A stretch of 64,000 bases of DNA from a virus: positions 5,720 through 69,719 of IMG/VR virus record IMGVR_UViG_3300046689_000393. One strand, 5' to 3'. Both the position numbers and the translations under genes were made by a program. Under the pieces are notes generated by a model, which made no database searches, was not told where the DNA came from, and was given only the letters and a program-made list of their open reading frames with translations. Shown one piece after another: positions 57,695-64,000 of this stretch (position 1 is its first letter; every line of letters starts with the position of its first letter).

Positions 57695-58140
57695 ATCCAG
57701 ATTGCATCTATTGCGTCGTCCCCAAGATTATCACAAGGGATTTCCGGGTGCAGCGCTTTTAGTTTTTTCTCCATCAGTAATTTGTCCGCCTGTCCGTAGC
57801 CGGTTGCGAAAAGCTTTAGTGTGGTTACGGGCACGCAGTCTATTACGGAACGTCCCGAGAATGCGAGCCAAACTACCGTGCGCCAGGAGGGCCAGAGTTG
57901 CGCCTGTTTGGTATATGTTGAAAATTGAACGTCTTCGAAGACCACCAAGTCCGGCGTAGGCAGCGCACGCAAGTATGAGTGCATCCTGTGTATCCGTGGG
58001 TCGTCTCGCCGGTCCATTCGCTGCTTGCCCCAGGTATTGATTTCCTTCGCAGTCGCAAGCTGGACTGTGCAAGCATTCAGGGGGCCGCTCAGGTTGTGAG
58101 CGACTCCCATGTGCGTCCCCAGGTCTAGCGCTAAAATGTT
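57640..58140 (-). CDS. RuvC-like Holliday junction resolvase; no canonical start (AAC at 58140 or CTG at 58143)
   Basis: ILALDLGT (upstream of the track ATG), VVFEDV, LKLFATGYGQADK, DDAIDAI. Confidence 0.85.
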   Translation of the reverse strand, partial: NILALDLGTHMGVAHNLSGPLNACTVQLATAKEINTWGKQRMDRRDDPRIHRMHSYLRALPTPDLVVFEDVQFSTYTKQAQLWPSWRTVVWLAFSGRSVIDCVPVTTLKLFATGYGQADKLLMEKKLKALHPEIPCDNLGDDAIDAIWIWLWAKHNLGRIDTSRRS

Positions 58141-58152
58141 CAGTCATAAGAA

Positions 58153-58180
58153 TAGTCTCCGGTTCAGGGGAAGTTGACCA
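58153..58180 (-). promoter_or_regulatory. Class-2 promoter-like motif
   Basis: TGGTCA-N15-GAGACTA. Confidence 0.65.
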
Positions 58181-58649
58181 GCGCGAACTCGCCAAAAAAT
58201 TTTCTGGCGGCGGCATCATAGGCGCGGGCCGCTTCCTCGGGGTCCTTAAAATACCCTAGCGAATGAAGCGCCCCGTTCGCTTTAATGCGTGCTTGAAAAT
58301 AAGACCGACCCTTTTTGTGCTGCGTGACTCCCTTGAACGGGACCAGCTTGTCGCTCCGCATCCGGCGATTCTGATTATTTTTCAGAGCATCCGCTGGCCG
58401 AAGGTTTCCGCGTTGGTTGTCTAGGCTATCTCCGTTTCGGTGGTCCACTTCCGGGACTTCCGGCAAGAGGACGGCGTGCATGTAAATCTTCTCCCCTCGG
58501 CCCCCTTCATCGGCCCGCACATTGCGGACCGCATAAAATGTTTTGCCCCCGTTGGACGTAGTGACGTGCCATTTCCACTGCATCAAATACCCGAAATCTG
58601 CATCGTCCACTTTTGCAAAAAATCCCTTAGTGAGCGGTATTAACATCAT
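58164..58649 (-). CDS. HNH endonuclease with AP2 domain
   Basis: VDHRNGDSLDNQRGNLR; LGYF..EEAARAYDAAA...FGEFALVNFP. Confidence 0.92.
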   Translation of the reverse strand: MMLIPLTKGFFAKVDDADFGYLMQWKWHVTTSNGGKTFYAVRNVRADEGGRGEKIYMHAVLLPEVPEVDHRNGDSLDNQRGNLRPADALKNNQNRRMRSDKLVPFKGVTQHKKGRSYFQARIKANGALHSLGYFKDPEEAARAYDAAARKFFGEFALVNFP

Positions 58650-58650
58650 A

Positions 58651-59325
58651 TTAGTCGTTAAATAAGCGTTTCTTTCGGTATAATTCTCCACGGATTTTGT
58701 GGAGCGCCTTCGAGTTCATTCCTTGGACGGCTGCCCTGCTGACGCCAATCAGGTCAGCCGTTTCCTGGAAATTGAAGCCCGCGAAGTATGTCAAGCCAAG
58801 AATCTGCCTTTCCTTGACCGTGCAAATTTTTCGACTTACGCCCATGATAAGCCGCATTCGCTCGCGCATTTGAATGCCTCGGAAATCCGGCTCCGAAATC
58901 TCGTGCTCAGGCGTGACTAAATCCTTTTCGTCCCAGGCGTCGCGCAATTCGTAATCAGCATGAAATTTTTTGACTGATGGAGCCTCGGGGTCCACGGGCT
59001 TCGCGTTCTTCACCACTTCGCGCTCTTTCCAAATGTTGCGGCACCATCCTCGAACGCCGACTTTACAAAAAGCAAAGAACCTTTTGCCGTATTTCGGGTC
59101 AAAGCGGATTGCGCCGCGCCACAGCACGTCATAGCACGCGCTGGCGAGTTGGCTGTCCGGTATGTTGCCGCCGGTGACCCGGCGCGCGTAGGAGATTGCT
59201 TCCCGCATATTCGCCAAAGCTAAAGTTGCGCGGGCGTCTACATTGCCTGCCTTGATTTTTTTGACTAGCTCCAGTTCAGCCGCAGGGTCCAGCTTACCGG
59301 GTAACAGTGTGAGGGGTTCGCTCAT
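58651..59325 (-). CDS. Sigma-70 family RNA polymerase sigma factor
   Basis: E.ELVKKIKAGN.DAR..L..AN; RFDPKYGKRF region 2; ERQIL.L.YF...F.E.A.LIGVSR..V....KAL.KIR region 4. Confidence 0.88.
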   Translation of the reverse strand: MSEPLTLLPGKLDPAAELELVKKIKAGNVDARATLALANMREAISYARRVTGGNIPDSQLASACYDVLWRGAIRFDPKYGKRFFAFCKVGVRGWCRNIWKEREVVKNAKPVDPEAPSVKKFHADYELRDAWDEKDLVTPEHEISEPDFRGIQMRERMRLIMGVSRKICTVKERQILGLTYFAGFNFQETADLIGVSRAAVQGMNSKALHKIRGELYRKKRLFND

Positions 59326-61553
59326 GGTTGTTTCTCAAAAGGATTTGCGCCGGGCTCGCTGGCCGGAGGCTCGGGGGGCGGTTGTGCCGCCGCTTCGGCG
59401 GGACGGGGGAAAGTCCAGATGCGGGACTTGTGGATTTTGTCGCCAGTGGAGATTGTGCATTCGAGCAGCTTTTGGTTGTTGAGTTGCTCCAGGTATCGGT
59501 TGACCTGCTCGGGCCGATAGCCGCGAAGCATCCGCTCGTTCGTGGGATTCAGGAAAAGCATTTGATAAATACTTGAAGCGGTGCCGGAAAAAGTTTTCTC
59601 CTCGGGATTCATTTCCCAATACTGCCGGAGCGTCTCAATCAGGATTTCCTTGAACGTCGCCACTGGACTCCCCTGATGGCACATGTCCATTAAATCGGGG
59701 TCATGATACGGCTCTTTGACTCCTAACCGGGTGTCTTCCTTGATGAATCCCGGCGGCGCGTATTCCATCAGCCACGCCAGGAAAAAGGGAAGCTCGCGGG
59801 CCAGGATTTCCTGGATTTCGTAGCGGTCCGGGAAATCAACCCGTTCCGATTCTTGGTCCACGCATTTGAACATCATCATTTTGTTCAGCGAGAGAACGTC
59901 CAGCGAACTCAGAATTTTCATGGAGTTCGAGTCAAGGTTGGTGGTCAAGCCAATGCGGCCCATCCACTCGACCATGCCGGACACTTCGTATTTTTTCTCG
60001 TATTCGTGCTCTTGATTGCTGACCATTTTTTTCAGAGTGGCGGAGACGTGCGACCTGATGGCGTGCGATTCGGACGTTGAGTCGTCATCCAGGACCCAGT
60101 GCGGATACTCGAAAAGGTGCGAGTTGAACGTCCCGCCCTTCACCAGATTTTTCGTGGCCTCGACAAAGCCGCCGACCGCTGCGCCGATTATATGCCGGTT
60201 CAGCAGGCCCTTGCCACAGCCCTCGATGCCGCTGAAGGAGACATACAGCCCGGCTTGCGGCTTGCAATCGAGCGCCGACATAAAGTAGCGCTTGAACCAC
60301 GTCAGGAAGTAGGCAAGCTGCGGCTGGAGCGGTTTGAATAGATGCTCCAGCAGATAGCAGATAAACGCAAAGTTTCCCTTCGGCCCCCAGTATTGCTTTC
60401 CCGGTGCGGGCATTATCGCCTTGAGCGAGTAGTTGTTTAAACGACGCTTCCCCTGGAAGGTCAGGATGCCCGGCGTGCGCATTACGAACGGGGCCGCGTT
60501 CTCAATCCCATTGTGCTCTTGAATATGCCGAAGCGCTTTGTCTACCGGGGACTTGCCATCACTGCCCGGTTTCACGCTCAGATTACAGTCCACCTTCAAG
60601 TAGAGGAGGAAGTCCGCCTTGTCATGCGATGCGTATTTGCCTTGAGCGTCGCTCCACCGATGATATTTTTTCGTGTCGTAATAGATGCCTGCGGTTGCCT
60701 TCGCGATGGAGGCGTCAAGAAAATCCTTCACGAACTCCGCGCCCAAAATGTCCGACCAGGAGTAGAACGACTTCGCCGCATGGCCGGAGAACGTCATCAT
60801 CCCATTATCTTTGACGATGGAAGATTTGGGAGACGTTGCGCCGGGCACCCAAAAGGCCGGACCCATCGAACCGACTTCGAATGACTCCGGCCAGGAGAAG
60901 TCCGGGAACTTTGCGACGAGGCCCTTCTGAACAATATCCAGTGGCACGAGGGCATCGTCCGGCGCGTTAAAACGAAACTTCCTGCCACATTCCACGAAAA
61001 AACTTTGCGAGTCTTTCTCTTTCACCGGTCCGTGCCCGGTCTCGCGCCACACGCAGCCGTTACAGAGCAGCCGCGTAGGATTGGAAAAGGCGGGCTCGTC
61101 CAGTTCCGGCAGCCGGTCCAGTTGCAGCCACTTGACCGCTTGCTGGAGCACGTAGACGCAGAAATCGTAATTGTCTACGCGTAGCGGGACTTCCAGAATC
61201 CAGATAAGCCGGAAGTTGCCGCCCAGGGACCGCTCTACCCAGGTTGGCTTTATTTTCATGTCCGCGATGGCCTCGTTGATTCTCTCCTCCGAAACGTTCG
61301 CGTCATAATCGGCGCAAAAAACGTGAATGGTGAGCGGGGGATTTTCCTGCTTGGTTATTCGAAGGAACGGATTTAAGGCTTCGATGCCGGTGTAAAAATA
61401 GTGCTTCGTGCTTTCGGTGTTATACCATGTCTGACGGTCTTCCTTGACCTTGCGGATTTGCTGAGAGATTTCCCCAGCCGGTTTGAACTCCCAGGGCAGA
61501 GGGCCGGACTGGAGTTGGCTTGTCGATAGGTTTTCTGAGAAGTAGAATTTCAT
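59322..61553 (-). CDS. Primase-helicase-like replication protein
   Basis: N-terminal ADYD..RSLGGNFRLIW; Walker A GIEGCGKG, FN....VLDD, TTN; adjacent to DNA polymerase. Confidence 0.75.
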   Translation of the reverse strand: MKFYFSENLSTSQLQSGPLPWEFKPAGEISQQIRKVKEDRQTWYNTESTKHYFYTGIEALNPFLRITKQENPPLTIHVFCADYDANVSEERINEAIADMKIKPTWVERSLGGNFRLIWILEVPLRVDNYDFCVYVLQQAVKWLQLDRLPELDEPAFSNPTRLLCNGCVWRETGHGPVKEKDSQSFFVECGRKFRFNAPDDALVPLDIVQKGLVAKFPDFSWPESFEVGSMGPAFWVPGATSPKSSIVKDNGMMTFSGHAAKSFYSWSDILGAEFVKDFLDASIAKATAGIYYDTKKYHRWSDAQGKYASHDKADFLLYLKVDCNLSVKPGSDGKSPVDKALRHIQEHNGIENAAPFVMRTPGILTFQGKRRLNNYSLKAIMPAPGKQYWGPKGNFAFICYLLEHLFKPLQPQLAYFLTWFKRYFMSALDCKPQAGLYVSFSGIEGCGKGLLNRHIIGAAVGGFVEATKNLVKGGTFNSHLFEYPHWVLDDDSTSESHAIRSHVSATLKKMVSNQEHEYEKKYEVSGMVEWMGRIGLTTNLDSNSMKILSSLDVLSLNKMMMFKCVDQESERVDFPDRYEIQEILARELPFFLAWLMEYAPPGFIKEDTRLGVKEPYHDPDLMDMCHQGSPVATFKEILIETLRQYWEMNPEEKTFSGTASSIYQMLFLNPTNERMLRGYRPEQVNRYLEQLNNQKLLECTISTGDKIHKSRIWTFPRPAEAAAQPPPEPPASEPGANPFEKQP

Positions 61554-63532
61554 TTTTCGTAGTGACTAATTTCCTTTGCCTCCGCCGCTAGAGGGCAACC
61601 TTGTAGCCAATCGGGACAGACCGACATTTCCCGCTGCACGTCGTTGGCCGCGACGGAACTTTCCACTTCAAGAACGGCCTCGTCATGGACTGAAAATAAA
61701 TTGCGCCAGCCGAGCTTGTCCATGCTGACGATATGATTTGCGAAAACGTCGCGGGCGATTGCCTGCACGATGTTCTCTATGATTTTGCCGCCGTAGAACA
61801 GGCGACGCTTGCCGCCGATGGTAGCGGAATACTTTGTATTGCGGCGAGGCTTGCCGGTGACTTTGTCCTTCTCTATCACGATGGAGCCGCAGACATTTTC
61901 GTAGCGCATTTTTCTTCCTGACGGAAGAGTTGCAACGTAATCCTCGCCCACAGAGCGACGGAAACCGTCATCCGCTTGCGCCCACATTGCGGTAACCAGG
62001 GGCGACGCGTCCCGGAATCCCTTTACGATTTCCCTACTCCGCGCGCCGTAGCCGGGGACCTGCTTTTTCTGGTGCGTGTAGGGGTCTTCAATCTCGATAA
62101 ACTCCGGGTCTCCTTCGGTCAGGTCCAGCCCGGCCTCTTTGAGAGCAGTGGAGATAAACTTCTCCCAGCCCGCGCCGTAGCCCAACTGGAGCACCTGGAT
62201 TTTATAGAGCTTGTATTGGTCCGTCTTTTTGAAGGCGGCGTCAAACTTCGGCCCTTCGTATTTCATCGTTGAACGGGCGAAGGCTTCATACACCCCGTAA
62301 CCGTCGCGGATTTTCTGGAGCAGGTCCTTGTTGCCGGAAATGTAGGCCAGGACGCGCGGCTCGATTTGCGCCAAGTCGCAGGCAATCATTTTCTTTCCGG
62401 GGCGCGGAACAATCAGCGCGCGAAAATCAATCGCGGAGCTTACCCAGGCCGGGTATTTCCCAGTCTCTTCGCGCTCTTCCATTGCCGCGAAAATGCGCTT
62501 CTCGTTGGTCTCCATCAGCCGTTGCTCGTTGCCAAATAGCGGCTGCTTCCGCATGTTCTGAAAATTAATTTTGGCGTCACCTGCCCAGCGACCGGTGTGA
62601 GCGCCGAAGTATTTCAGCGCGAAGGGCAGAGTCCCATCGGCCCGCAGGCGGCGTTTCACTGTCTGAAAAGTCGCGTAAAGCTTGTTGATACTCCGCCACG
62701 CGCTTACCGCTTTTATCCAGGGATTCTTCTGCGAGTATAAAGTCTCCCAGGCTTCGTAACCCTCTTCGTCTGCGCTTTTTGTCGGCGGGCACGGTATCCC
62801 GATTCTTCGGCACTGTTCTGCGATGCATTTTGTTGAACTTGGTTTCTGGTCAAAATCGTCCCAGTCTTCAGCAGGGTCCTCCTGCATCCAGGGGATGACT
62901 TTTTCCGTTTGGGTCTTCAGGTCGTGAATGTCAATTATATATTTGTGCAGCAGTTCAGTGTCAATCTGAACGCCATACATGCCCTGCTCGATTGTGATGT
63001 TGCTTAGGCGTTGCTCCGTTGCCGACCAGCGCGGCGAAAACTCTTCCCACAGCCGCCAACACCATTGCGCGTCAACCTTACCGGCCTTGACGACCTTCGC
63101 GCGTTCCTCTTCGGTGTAGCCCGTTGGCCACTGTTTATTCTCTGCAACCGTGCGGTAGGACTTATCGACTTTCGTTTTGTATAAGAATTCGATGGCGTCA
63201 TCTAATGCGCGACGATTGCAGAGAAAGCTGGTCAAGTTGGCGGTGCAGTGCCACGCGGACGGAGCGACCTTCGGCAGCATCCCGCGCTTTTGCATTTCGT
63301 TGAAAACGGTGTTGTCGAAATACCGGTTGTGCGAGACCCAAACCTTGCCGTCCAGGGCGGACCAATTCAAGTCCTTCGGGTCACCCGCCCAGCAATTTTT
63401 TCCGTCCGAGACCGAGACAAGGTAGGGGTGGAACAAATCGCTTTTGCAATACTCCTCCGCAATCATCGAGCGGACCGAATACTTCAGCTTGGTTGAATAG
63501 AACGTTTCGAAGTCTACGGCTATGTGGCTCAC
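61550..63532 (-). CDS. Family A DNA polymerase with 3'-5' exonuclease
   Basis: ExoI AVDFET, HTGRW, motif A CDLAQIEPRVL, motif B K...LQLGYGAG, motif C VHDE. Confidence 0.95.
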   Translation of the reverse strand: MSHIAVDFETFYSTKLKYSVRSMIAEEYCKSDLFHPYLVSVSDGKNCWAGDPKDLNWSALDGKVWVSHNRYFDNTVFNEMQKRGMLPKVAPSAWHCTANLTSFLCNRRALDDAIEFLYKTKVDKSYRTVAENKQWPTGYTEEERAKVVKAGKVDAQWCWRLWEEFSPRWSATEQRLSNITIEQGMYGVQIDTELLHKYIIDIHDLKTQTEKVIPWMQEDPAEDWDDFDQKPSSTKCIAEQCRRIGIPCPPTKSADEEGYEAWETLYSQKNPWIKAVSAWRSINKLYATFQTVKRRLRADGTLPFALKYFGAHTGRWAGDAKINFQNMRKQPLFGNEQRLMETNEKRIFAAMEEREETGKYPAWVSSAIDFRALIVPRPGKKMIACDLAQIEPRVLAYISGNKDLLQKIRDGYGVYEAFARSTMKYEGPKFDAAFKKTDQYKLYKIQVLQLGYGAGWEKFISTALKEAGLDLTEGDPEFIEIEDPYTHQKKQVPGYGARSREIVKGFRDASPLVTAMWAQADDGFRRSVGEDYVATLPSGRKMRYENVCGSIVIEKDKVTGKPRRNTKYSATIGGKRRLFYGGKIIENIVQAIARDVFANHIVSMDKLGWRNLFSVHDEAVLEVESSVAANDVQREMSVCPDWLQGCPLAAEAKEISHYEK

Positions 63533-63831
63533 AGGTCACGCTCCAGGCGTTCACTGCGTTCGAGGCGAAGCTGGTCAATCGTTCCCTGGAGTTGAGAAAT
63601 CGACTCGTCTTTCTTGGCAAGCTCCAGGTCATTGCGGGCGTTCATTCGGCTAAGCACGCCGTGCAGCCGGTCAACCACACCACCGAGCCGGGCCACTTCT
63701 TCGCGGAGGGATTGAAGCTCTGTCGCTTTCGCTTTTTCTTTGGCACACTCGTCGCAGCCTCCGTCCTCAGCATACCCGGCGCTGCTGTGTGTCCAACAAA
63801 CCCAATCGGGAATTCCTGTTTGTCTGCTCAT
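63529..63831 (-). CDS. Hypothetical coiled-coil protein
   Basis: Probable start MSRQTG; stop overlaps the polymerase GTG. Confidence 0.55.
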   Translation of the reverse strand: MSRQTGIPDWVCWTHSSAGYAEDGGCDECAKEKAKATELQSLREEVARLGGVVDRLHGVLSRMNARNDLELAKKDESISQLQGTIDQLRLERSERLERDL

Positions 63832-64000
63832 AATTTCTAAAAGGAAAGGGAAGAGCGTGGCCCAGCAGCGGTCTACTGATGGGCACACGCTCATGGTTAT
63901 CGGGTTCGGCCCAGCGTTACGCCGGTTGTCGGCTGCCGTTGCACTTTGTTCTGAATAACTCGGGCGATGATGCGATTCATTTCTATATCAAGCTTAGCAC

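Overview
The window is a large part of a dsDNA tailed-phage genome, probably podovirus-like: no tape measure or sheath gene is recognisable, and there are large candidate ejection proteins. The host is unknown and probably diderm. Minus-strand arms (1-12925 and 55170-64000) carry replication and nucleotide genes: SF2 and UvrD-like helicases, family A DNA polymerase, primase-helicase, a sigma factor, a RuvC-like resolvase, an RNA ligase, a metallophosphoesterase and DUF5664/DUF1937-like enzymes. The plus-strand arm (13233-55258) carries probable TerS, gmd/fcl, a serine recombinase, TerL, portal, scaffold, three glycosyltransferase-like genes, the major capsid protein, tail genes and a 2338-aa polyvalent protein. 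There are five free-standing HNH endonucleases and two tRNAs. The most striking observation is a tRNA at 43857-43932 with an initiator (fMet) body but a GUU anticodon. It lies directly upstream of a gene whose apparent N-terminus begins at an SD-preceded AAC codon, and the RuvC-like gene also lacks a canonical start and has AAC at the expected position. This suggests a phage-encoded non-AUG initiation system. A 10-copy promoter-like motif (TTGACA-like, N15, GAGACTA) is a candidate target of the phage sigma factor. All family calls come from motif recognition by eye; no database search was run.
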